From Rhizophagus irregularis (taxonomy: Eukaryota): DNA of 64,000 nucleotides. The translations under genes and the position numbers were made by a program. Below are positions 13,715 through 24,759 of the stretch, piece after piece; position 1 is the first letter of the stretch; the number at the start of each line of letters is the position of its first letter. The DNA lies in the NCBI RefSeq assembly GCF_026210795.1, contig NC_089435.1, positions 1,860,001-1,924,000 on the forward strand. The letters are read 5' to 3'. The notes below the pieces were generated by a model. It was not told the DNA's origin, searched no databases, and saw only the letters and a list, made by a program, of their open reading frames with translations.

Positions 13715-14450
13715 AAGTTGATCATCATTAACGTCACAGTAAGTAAAAATAATCTAAAATTGGATTCACATGTTATAAAAATTGAAACTTGTATATAGTA
13801 ACTATAAATAAATTAGTTATAATGAAGGTACTTTTTTTATTAATAAAATTGTATTTTTTTATTTGTTTGTTAATTAAATTAAAAATTGTGATTTTTCCCA
13901 TAAATTACACATTTTTTTAAAAAAAAATAAATAAATTTACAAATTGAAAATCGAAAGATGATCATCAATGAAAATAATCTACAATTAAATTCACATGTTA
14001 ATATTAGTTAAAAGAACTAAAGCCCGCAATTAATGACTATAAATAAATTAGTTATAATGAAGCTACCTTTTTTTATTAATAAAATTGTATTTTTTTATTT
14101 GTTTTTTTAATTAATAATAAAAAAAATAAATTTACAAATTGAAAATTAAAAGATGATCATCATTTACGTCACAATGAAAATAATCTACAATTAAATTCAC
14201 ATGTTAATATTAGTTAAAAGAACTAAAGCCGCAATTAATAACTATAAATAAATTAGTTACAATGAAACCACCCTTTTTTTATAGCTATAATTATAAAAGT
14301 GTGGTTTTTTTCAACAGATTATTACACTTTTTTAATAATAAAAAATAAATAAATTTACAAATTTACGTTACAATGAAAATAAACTAAAATTGAATTCACA
14401 GGTTAGAAAATTTAAAGCCGCATATAGTAACTATAAACAAATTAGTTCAC
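13715..14450. repeat. ~190-210 bp tandem repeat in the Helitron 5' region
   Basis: About four copies of ...ATTCACATGTTA...AACTATAAATAAATTAGTTA... Confidence 0.75.
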
Positions 14451-14900
14451 CCTTTTTTTTTATCATTTATTTAATTAATAAAGTAATATTTAACAGTTAA
14501 TGAGATTATGTTATTTCAATCATAAACTATTATATAAATTAATAAATTAATTTTATTATATAAATTGTAATAAATTTTTGATAAAATCAATTTTTTTTCA
14601 ATGTAAATAAATAATAAAATCGCAATTTTTCAATGAAAACTACTTTTTTTTTAAATTTAAATAAATGTAATAAAATCATCATAATTTTGCAATAAAATTG
14701 TAATAAAATCGTAATTTTTCAATAAAATTGCATTTTTTTTAATAAATTTGATAAAAATCAAAATTTTTCATATATTAATAAATAATAAAATCGTAATTTT
14801 TTCAATGAACCACTTTTTTAAGTTTTAAATAAAATGTATCATAATTTTGTAATAAATTGTAATAAAATCACATTTTTTTAATAATCATAAATCATAAATA

Positions 14901-15061
14901 CCCAGTAAATAGTTTTTGTATAAATTTATACCAAACGGGCTCATTGGCTCGAAATTAGCTCAAATTTATGCAAACAATAATCCAAATTTAAGCCCATCTA
15001 GAGCCAATTATATATGGATGAGCCCATTTGGTACAAATTTATACAAAAACTATTTACTGGG
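14901..15061. mobile_element. 161-bp MITE with CCCAG termini (CMC/EnSpm-like)
   Basis: ~44-bp TIR CCCAGTAAATAGTTTTTGTATAAATTT... / ...AAATTTATACAAAAACTATTTACTGGG, flanked by ATA on both sides. Confidence 0.8.
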
Positions 15062-15230
15062 ATAATAATAAATAATTGTAATATTATTACTTTTTTTAAA
15101 AAAATAAAATATATTATAAATATATTAAAGTCATAATTTTTTTTATAAATATAAGTAATTCATTTACTTTTTTTCACTTTTATTCATTTTTCATTTTAAT
15201 AGTAATCAGATTCAAAAAAAATTTCGAAAT

Positions 15231-16211
15231 ATGATTGCAAACATTACAACCATCATGTATATACTCTCTGTGACTGATGAAACTATTAATAATGGTTTCT
15301 TGCAGAAAGGCATGGCTATTTCCCGAATTGATAATGAAGATGCATTTCAAATATATAAATTTTACAATTATATGACCTTAATAAATAACACAGACCTTGA
15401 TTCAGATGATGAATCTGAAGTAACTTCGCCACTTAAGGCAGAAAATGTATACTTAATTACAGGAAAATTTTCAACAACTCAAGATGGTTCAATAAACGTC
15501 TCTATTACAACTAATGTACAACTCCTTATCGATAAGGAAGATATTCCTATAATAAAACCAACTGAACATCTTCTTGGAAAGACTTTGGGGTATGCAGAAT
15601 TAACAGAAAGTGGATATACTTTACAAATACAAGTAAAGCCATATTTATCTAAGGATCAATTTACTCCATTTACTGTAAATTTAACTCACCCACCAAATGG
15701 GCGATTTAAGAACGCGTTAACAAAAGCCAGAAAAAATTCAACAGTTCATACAACAGGAGTATTTTTTTTTGCAAAAGATCAATTATACTGTGAAATTTTG
15801 GAATTTCAGTTTGTATCAGCAAAAATAGAATCAGATAACAGTATTGTAGTTCCATGGAAATCAAAATCTGATTCACATAATGAAGGATCTTCAAAATCTG
15901 TTATAGAACAAAGAATTTCTCTCATATAACAAAATTCAACAACACAACCATCATTGTCAATGACACCAACTAAAAATAAACGTAAAACAAATATGACTAA
16001 AATAGCAGATATTTCAAGATCTTTGCTATTACAAAATCAACAAAGTGATGAAATTCATGATAGTGAAACTTCTATTACAAATGAAGAAAATGAAGAAAGA
16101 ATTAATGAAAAGATTGAAGAAAATGAAGAAAGAAATGAAAATATTGAAGAAAATGAAGAGAGAAACGAAAATATTAAAAAAAAAATAATACACCAAAAAT
16201 TTCAAATTTAA
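15231..16211 (+). pseudogene. Helitron-borne ORF, putative OB-fold (RPA-like) protein with an in-frame stop
   Basis: The 232-aa ORF ends in TAA (15927-15929) and the same frame continues to 16211 with an EENEERNE tail. Beta-rich motifs VYLITGKF and VHTTGVFF. The fold is inferred. Confidence 0.5.
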
Positions 16212-16269
16212 CAAGAGGTAGAAAAAAACAAAAAACTAAATAATGTTTATGAACTAACGTAACCCAGTA

Positions 16270-16890
16270 ATAATCTTTTCTTTAATTTTTTTTATTATCT
16301 GTTCTTTATATTTTATATGTAATAAGTGCTATATTTATTTTTTTTAATAAAATAAAAAATGTATTTTATTTTTTATGTCAAAGAAAAGTGGTTTAAAAAA
16401 AAATTTGAAGTCTACGTAAAATTTAATTGCTGATCATGTTACACATGTCATAGATCACCTGACAAATACGAACTGTTTTTAAAATTCTTTTTTTATTATC
16501 TATTGTTTTTTATATTTTATATGTAATAAGTACTTTATTTATTTTTCAATGAAATAAATGAAATAAAAGAAGTTGCATTTATTATATTTTTATATCAAAG
16601 TATAATTAGTTCAAAAAAAAAAAAATTTGAAGTCAACGAAGTCAACGTAAAATTTAATTGCTGATCGTACTATTATGCATGTCATAGATCACCTGACAAA
16701 TACGAACTGTTTTTAAAATTCATTTTTATTATCTGGTATTTTTTATATCTTATATGTAATAAACATTATATTATTTATTTTTTATTAAAAAAAAAAATTG
16801 AAGTTATTGTAAAATTTAATTGTTGATCCTTAATAATAATATTACAAATATATGTTATAGATCACTGATCATATATATACGAACTATTAA
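16270..16890. repeat. ~200-bp tandem repeat, three copies
   Basis: Recurrent GTAAAATTTAATTGCTGATC...TAGATCACCTGACAAATACGAACTG. Confidence 0.8.
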
Positions 16891-16974
16891 AACTTTCATA
16901 ATAATTTGATTACTAATAATTTTTTTAATAATTTATTACTAACATTAAATCATAATTAATAATAAAACTGAATC

Positions 16975-17103
16975 AGATGTCCTAAATGGGATCAAATTCA
17001 AACAATGAATTTAAATAGAGATGCATTCAAAGTAGATCCAAATGTGATTAAAGAATATTCTCGCTTGGAACAAATAGCATCACAACCGCTTCCTATTTCA
17101 TAA
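16975..17103 (+). pseudogene. C-terminal remnant of a Pif1-family helicase (Helitron RepHel)
   Basis: RCPKWDQIQTMNLNRDAFKVDPNVIKEYSRLEQIASQPLPIS* resembles the segment after Pif1 motif VI (YVALSR). Confidence 0.7.
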
Positions 17104-18690
17104 ACAAACCTAGATTATCATGTTACCAGTTATCATATAAGTATAATAAAGCAATTAGGGGTTCTTTGAAAAAAGTGTTTATTTGACTATGCATTTATGC
17201 TCATGTTACACCTAATTTTATTTTGAAGGCCGCCGCCAGGCGGCCATAGTGGTACAGTTCTAGTTTATAAAAAAAAAGATTCCTAATGAAATTCTTTATT
17301 AAAAAAAAATTTCAAGCCAAAATTCTCAATACCCTTATTAAAAAAAAACTATTTTCAATAAAATTTTCTATTGAGACTTCTAACAAAATTCTCCATCAAA
17401 AAAATAAAAAAACTTTTCAACCAACAATTCTCTAATGAAGTTCTCAATCAAAAAAAATATCCCTGATTAAGAAAAATTTCTAACAAAAATCTTCCATCAA
17501 AAAATACATTTTCCCTATTAAAAAAAAATTCAAAGATTCTTACCTATTTAAAAAAGTTCTCAAAAGAATTTCTATCAAAAAAAAACTTCCCTCCTATTAA
17601 AAAAAAAATTCTAAAAAAAAAATTCTTTACCAAAATTTTCTATCAAAAAAAAATCTCCTGTTAAAAAAATTATTAACGAAATGATCTATCAAAAAAAAAA
17701 ATCTTACTTATTAAAAAGAAAATTCTATGTTGAAAATTTCTATCAAAAAAAAAAAATTCTCTAATAAAATTCTCCGTCAAAAATACTTTCACCTATTAAA
17801 AAAAATTCCAAAAGAATTCTTTATCAAGGAAAACTCCCTCAGTCCTATTAAAAAAAAATTCTTAACGAAATTCTCTATCAAAAAAAATCTTACTAGTTAA
17901 AAAAAATTTTCTAGTAACGAAATTATCTATCAAAAAAAAAATCTTCCCTATTAAAAAAATTCTTCAAATAATTTTCTACAAAAAAAAAAAATTTTCAATT
18001 AATTCTCTATCAAAAAAAAAATCTCTCCTGTTAAAAAAAATTGTTCCAACAAATTAAGTATATGTCAAAAAAAAAATCTTATTAAAAAAAAATTCTCCAA
18101 TAAAATTTCTATCAAATAAAAGTTTTTAACGAAATTATCATCAAAAAAAAAAACTCAGAAATGTCCCTATCAATGAAAAAAAATTTTCTAACGAAATTTT
18201 TTATCAAAAAAATCTTATTAAAAATTCCCAAAGAAATTCTACCAAACAAAGCCTTTGCCTATATTAAAAATAAAAATTCTCTACAAAATTTGTTTATAAA
18301 AAAAAGCCAATAAAAAAAAAATTTTTTTTAAAACTACGCTAAACTTAAAAACATGTGACCAACAAAATATCAACCCTGTGCTGACAAAGAAACTAATTTT
18401 TGACAAAGATAAAATTATCGAGTATAGTTGGATTAAATCAAACACAGTTGGACAAAAACATAAAGCACAGATGGACAAAAATATCAAGCACAGATGGATA
18501 AAAACATAACGCACGGACGGATAAAAATGTCAAGCATGGTCGGATAAAAACATCAAGCATGTACAGATAAAACCATCAAGCACGTACAGATAAATATCAA
18601 GCACGTACAGATAAACATCAAGCACGGTACAGATAAAACATCAAGTACGTACAGATAAAACATCAAGCACGTACAGATAAACATCAAGCA

Positions 18691-19594
18691 TATGGCAAGC
18701 CAAATCGGACAAAAGTCTGTCAATGCACAGATAAATTATCACAGTTATTTCTTTCCATTTTTGGGAATTTTTCGCAGATGAACTGTGATGTTTCGCATTT
18801 ATTATCTGCAAAACTTTCCAAAAATTTTTACAGATATTTTTTCTGAATTTTCCCATTTTTTATTATCTGAACTTTAACAGATAATTTATCTGTGCATTAA
18901 CAGATAATTATCTGAATATTAACAGATAATTATCTGGGTAATAGCAGATAAATTATCATTAAATTTTTATATTTTTTTGTGTGATAAATTAAAAAAAAAC
19001 ATTTTTTAGAAGTCTGAAACTTGTCAAACTTAAACTTTTTTTCATGATTTTTTATTTATTGCTTTACAAGGAAAGTTTTTAATGTTTATTAATATACTTT
19101 TTATAATATTTTGTTAATAAATAATAATTACTTTATAGTTTTTGATACATAATTTATTTATTATATTTTTATCTTACACTATAACAGAATGAATTTTTTT
19201 TTTAATATCTCAATTGTACTATTTGTTTTTAAATTAAACAAATAAATTTTTAAAAATTATTTTAAATTCATACATTTAATACCATTCTCTCTAAAACTAA
19301 AATGCAAATTATTATCTTAATAATTAGAATAATTTATCTGTTAAAATCTGGATGATTATCTGTTAATATTCAGATAATTATCTGCTAATGTACAGATAAA
19401 TTATCTGTTGATGCACAGATAATAAAAAATGGGAAAATTTGGAAAAAATATCTGTAAAAATTTTTGGAAAGTTTCGCAGATAATATATGCAAAATATCAC
19501 AGATCATCTGCAAAAAATTACTAAAAATGGCAAAGAATAACTGTGAAAATTTATCTGTGCATTGACAGACTTTTGTCCGATTTGGCTTGCCATA
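18691..19594. mobile_element. 904-bp non-autonomous element with TATGGCAAGCC termini
   Basis: TIRs of ~260 bp starting TATGGCAAGCCAAATCGGACAAAAGTCTGTCAATGCACAGATAAATT. 6-bp TSD CAAGCA at 18685-18690 and 19595-19600. Confidence 0.9.
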
Positions 19595-20086
19595 CAAGCA
19601 TGAACAGATAAACATCAAGCATGAACAGATAAAAATATCAAGCACGTGATAGATAAACATCAAGCATGAACAGATAAAAATATCAAACACGTACAGATAA
19701 ATATCAAGCACGGACAGATGAATATCAAGCATAAACAGGTAAAATGTCAGGCACAGTGTAACATTTTGTCAATCCATGCTTGATTTTTCACCCGCCCAAT
19801 GCCTGATAGTTTAGTCCAGCTCGGCTTGCCATATAGGAAATGACGTCATTTCTGGCCATCTTGCCATCCCTAGTTGGAATTTCTCAATGCAGATCAGTGC
19901 ATCGAATGCATTGGAAATAATATGGCCCAAAATTTTTTTTTTTTTGTTATAAATTCTACTTTTGGTTAAATGTTCCTTTCTAGTAGCTCGCTCATGATAC
20001 ATTTGAATAAGAAAAAAAATTTTTTTATCTAAAAAAACTTGTCAAAAAAATATTATTTCCCATAAAACAAATTTCTAAAATAACCA

Positions 20087-23000
20087 ATGGAAACTGAATT
20101 TAGTGAGTCAAATATCTTAAATAAAAATACTGATAAAATAAGTATCAAAAATTGTTTGTATTGCAATATACTTTTTACTGAAAAATTATGGTGTGAAGAA
20201 TGCATTGATTCTTTAGAAATATTAGCAGAAAATGGTGATAACTAAGCAATGTTTAATTTAGCCATATGTTATAAAAATGGAGAAGGAACAGAAAAGAGTT
20301 TAGGAAAAGCCTTTCATTGGTACCAAAAAGCAATGTTTAATTTAGTCGTATGTTATGAAAATGGAGAAAGCACAGAAAAGAGTTTATTAGAAAAAGCTTT
20401 TTACTATTGGCATCAAAAAGCAAAAAAAAATCATGTTAAAGCAATGTTTTATTTAGCCAAACATTATTATAATGGTTCTGGAACAGAAAAGAATTTAGGA
20501 AAAGCCTTTTATTGGTGTCAAAAAGCAGGAGAAAATGGTCATGAGAATGCAATGTTTAATTTAGGCACATATTATGAAAATGGAATAGGGACAGAAAAGA
20601 ATTTAGAAAAAGCCTTTCATTGGACTCAAAAAGTAGCAGAAAAAAATCATATTAAAGCAATGTTTAATTTAGCCATATGTTATGAAAATGGAGAAGGGGC
20701 AGAAAAGAATTTAGAAAAGGCTTTTTATTGGTATCAAAAAGCAGCAGAAAATGGAAATATAGAAGCAATGTATAATTTAGCTATATATTATAAAAATGGA
20801 GAAGGGATAGAAAAGAATTTAGAAAAGGCTTTTTATTGGTGTCAAAAAGCAGCAGAAAATGGATATATAGGAGCAATGAATAATTTAGCTATATATTATA
20901 AAAATGGAGAAGGAATAGAAAAGAATTTAGAAAAAGCCTTTTATTGGTGTCAAAAAGCAGCAGAAAATGGTATTAAAGAAGCAATATTTAATTTAGCCAT
21001 ATGTTATCATAATGGAGAAGGAACAGATAAGAATTTAGAAAAAGCCTTTTATTGGTGTCAAAAAGCAGCAGAAATTGGTGATGAAAAAGCAATGTTTAAT
21101 TTGGCCATATATTATAAAAATGGAGAAAGGACAGAAAAGAATTTAGAAAAGGCTTTTTATTGGTGTCAAAAAGCAGCAGAAAATGGATATATAGGAGCAA
21201 TGAATAATTTAGCTATATATTATAAAAATGGAGAAGTAATAGAAAAGAATTTAGAAACAGCCTTTTATTGGTGTCAAAAAGCAGCAGGAAATGGTATTAA
21301 AGAAGCAATATTTAATTTAGCTATATGTTATCATAATGGAGAAGGAACAGAAAAGAATTTAGAAAAAGCCTTTTATTGGTATCAAAAAGCAGCAGAAGTT
21401 GGTGATGAAGAAGCAATGTTTAATTTAGCCATGTATTATGAAAATGGAGAAGGAACAGAAAAGAATTTAGAACAAGCCTTTTATTGGTGTCAAAAAGCAG
21501 CAGAAATTGGTAATGAGAGAGCAATGTTTAATTTAGCTAATAATTATTATGATGGAGAAGGAACAGAAAAGAATTTAGAAAAAGCCTTTTGTTGGTATCG
21601 AAAAGCAGCAGAAAAAAATCATATTAAAGCAATGTTTAATTTAGGCATATTTTATGAAAATGGAGAACAAGCAGAAAATAATTTAGAAAAAGCCTTTTAT
21701 TGGTATCAAAAAGCAGCAGTTATTGGTTTAGAAAATGCAATGTTTAATTTAGCCATATGTTATAAAAATGGAAAAGGAACAGAAAAGAATTTAGAAAAAG
21801 CCTTTCATTGGTATCAAAAAGCAGCAGAAGATGGCTATACTGATGCGATGTTTAATTTAGGCATATGTTATAAAAATGGTGAAGGAACAGAAAAGAATTT
21901 AGAAAAAACCTTTTTTTGGTATCAAAAAGCAGCAGAAATTGGGTATACTAATGCAATGTTTAATTTAGCCATATGTTATAAAAATGGAGAAGGAATAGAA
22001 AAGAATTTAGAAAAAGCCTTTCATTGGTATAAATATGCAGCAGAAAATGGTAATAAAGATGCAATGAATAATTTAGCAACATGTTATAATAATGGAGAAG
22101 GAACAGAAAAGAATTTAGAAAAAGCCTTTCTTTGGTGTCAAAAAGCAGCAGAAAATGGTTACACTAATGCAATGTGTAGTTTAGCCACATGTTATAAAAA
22201 TGGAGAAGGAACAGAAAAGAATTTAGAAAAAGCCTTTCTTTGGTGTCAAAAAGCAGCAGAAAATGGTATTAAAGATGCAATATTTAATTTAGCCACATAT
22301 TATGAAAATGGAATAGGGACAGAAAAGAATTTAGAAAAAGCCTTTCTTTGGTGTCAAAAAGCAGCAGAAAATGGTTACACTAATGCAATGTTTAATTTAG
22401 CCAATTGTTATTGTAATGGAGAAGGAACAGAAAAGAATTTAGAAAAAGCCTTTCATTGGTATCAAAAAGCAGCAGAAAATGGTAATGAAAGAGCAATGTT
22501 TTTTCTAGCCATATGTTATGAAAATGAGGAAAGAACAGAAAAGAATTTAGGAAAAGCCTTTCTTTGGTATCAGAAAGCAGCAGAAAGTGAATATACTAAT
22601 GCAATGAATAATTTAGCTACATGTTATAAAAATGGAAAAGGGACAGAAAAGAATTTAGAAAAAGCCTTTCTTTGGTATCAAAAAGCAGCAGAAAATGGTA
22701 ATGAAGATGCAATGAATAATTTAGCAACATGTTATAATAATGGAGAAGGAATAGAAAAGAATTTAGAAAAAGCCTTTTATTGGCATCAAAAAGTTATAGA
22801 AAGTAACAAAATAGATTCTGAAAATGAAGTTGAATTATGTAATATATGCAAACAACCATATACTAATTACCAGTGGTGCCAAAAATGTAATGCTAAACGA
22901 TTTCAACAAGATTTTTCAAAATGGACTAGTGAAAATGAATTTATTGATAAATTTATTCAAGAAGCACAACTAAATGCCAAAAATAGTTATGAAATTTTAG

Positions 23001-24168
23001 AATGGATACCCTATAATAAATTGTCAAATATTAATTATTATAATAAAGGAGGATTTAGTGAAATTCATAAAGCTATATGGTTAGATGGCCCAATTTTTAG
23101 TTGGAATTTTGACAAACAACAATGGGATAGACAATTAAGCTATGAGGTTATTCTTAAAACACTTAATAATTCATCAAATTTAAATAGTAAATTTCTGGAT
23201 GAGGTATATTATTATATTTATTAACAAATTTTTTTTCTTTTGCAAAAATTAACTTTGTTTTTTATACAGTGGAAATACTATTATAATTGTCAGAAAAAGT
23301 CATTCTCAAAATTTATTCAATTCTTTGGATTTACTCAAGATCCGAATAATTTAAATTATATAATAGTAATGAGTTATGCAAAGAATGGAAGTTTAAGAAA
23401 ATGTTTACCGAATATAATTAAGTTTAAGTGGCAAGTTAAGTTACAATTATTGAAAAAAATTATATTAGGACTTAAAATAATTCATGAATCAGATTTAACT
23501 CATGGTGATTTTCATGATGGTAATATTTTAATATCAGATAATTACAATGAATCATTTATTATTGATTTAGGATTATGTAAACCTATAAATGATTTACAAA
23601 ATTCTGATAATAAAGTTAATGAAATTTATGGAGTTTTACCTTATATGGCGCCTGAAATATTAAGAAAAAAATCCTATACTCCAGCAAGTGATATATATAG
23701 TTTATCAATGATAATGTGGGAATTTACTTCAGGTATTCCTCCATTTAATCATAAAGCACATGATCATAACCTTACCTTAAGTATTTGTAAAGAAGGAAGA
23801 CGCCCTGAAATTATAAAAAATACTCCAAAATGTTATATAGATTTAATGAAAAAATGTTGGGATTCAGATCCTTCCAATAGACCAACTATAATAACTCTTG
23901 AACATATTATATCTGAATGGATTAGATGTATTAATGAATATTATGAAATAAACAGGGATGAAAATTATGAATATGAAGTACCTGTTATTGATAATCAATT
24001 AAAAAATGATATGTTTGAATTTGTAAAATCAAACAAAGTTTAGTACAAGCACAAGCAAATACTTCTATTATACAATATCATTCACAAGCATATTATACAA
24101 GTCGCAGACTTACTGAAATTTTAGTTCAAGAAGAGTCTCAGGGCTTTGATTGTATGATTGAAAATTAA
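20087..24168 (+). pseudogene. Sel1-repeat (24 units) plus TKL-type protein kinase; two lesions
   Basis: ATG 20087 with CxxC..WCxxC. In-frame TAA at 20243-20245. 36-aa Sel1 units. Intron 23204-23269. Kinase motifs GGFS, VILK, HGDFHDGN, DLG, YMAPE. A frameshift near 24038 removes the HSQAYYTSR tail (stop 24168). A product from ATG 20249 is still possible. Confidence 0.85.
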
Positions 24169-24759
24169 TAATTCTATTGTTTATTCTTCATTTGTTAAAT
24201 TATTTAACAATTATTATATAAAAAATATTATTATTATGTACTTTTACAGTTTTTTGATAATTATTAAAACTATGCTTTATTATATTTTTATTTTCATTTG
24301 CAATTTGTTACTAGTATTATTGCATGTCTTAGAGTAATACTATAATTATTATTTCTTATAAATTTAATAGTAACATTATACATAATAAATATAACCGAAA
24401 TCATTGGTAATTTATATACAAACAAGATAAATATTGTCAATTAAAAATTAAGAACATGGTCTAAATAATTTAAAAGTTAGTCAAATTTCTTTGATATTTT
24501 GAATATTGCTTCAATTTTTGCAAATATGACCAGCTGTTAGATTGAGGGGATATATATTATTACACATTTAACGATGTAAAAAAGTTATTAAATATGATAT
24601 TATGACCTTTTTCCATCTAGAACAATAAATTATTTCGTAATATAACAAGAAATTTAGTGTTTCTTATTCTTATCAATATTTTATTTGTTTCCTTTTATTA
24701 ATTGTTTTGGACTACTAATTTTTTTTTTTTAATTATATTTTTGATGATCAATTAACTGT

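Larger units (their letters stand above)
13422..17263 (+). mobile_element. Internally deleted Helitron
   Basis: 3' hairpin GGCCGCC-GCCA-GGCGGCC (17228-17245), then 14 nt, then CTAG (17260-17263) followed by T. Candidate 5' end A|TCAATATATA at 13422 is less certain. Pif1-like tail lies just upstream of the 3' end. Confidence 0.8.
10948..19833. mobile_element. Large foldback DNA transposon with TATGGCAAGCC termini (IS3EU-like ends)
   Basis: Left arm 10948-12152 is the reverse complement of the right arm 17264-18690 plus 19595-19833. TAGGAAA is duplicated at 10941-10947 and 19834-19840. Confidence 0.85.
10784..19870. mobile_element. PIF/Harbinger-like MITE (~190 bp) split by the foldback element
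   Basis: Left GGGATGGTTAGAAATGCCGTAATTT (10784) is inverted to AAATGACGTCATTTCTGGCCATC (19838-19860). Internal TTTTGACCCCCCTCCC and CCCCTTCCCCC tracts. The right tip is ambiguous. Confidence 0.55.
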
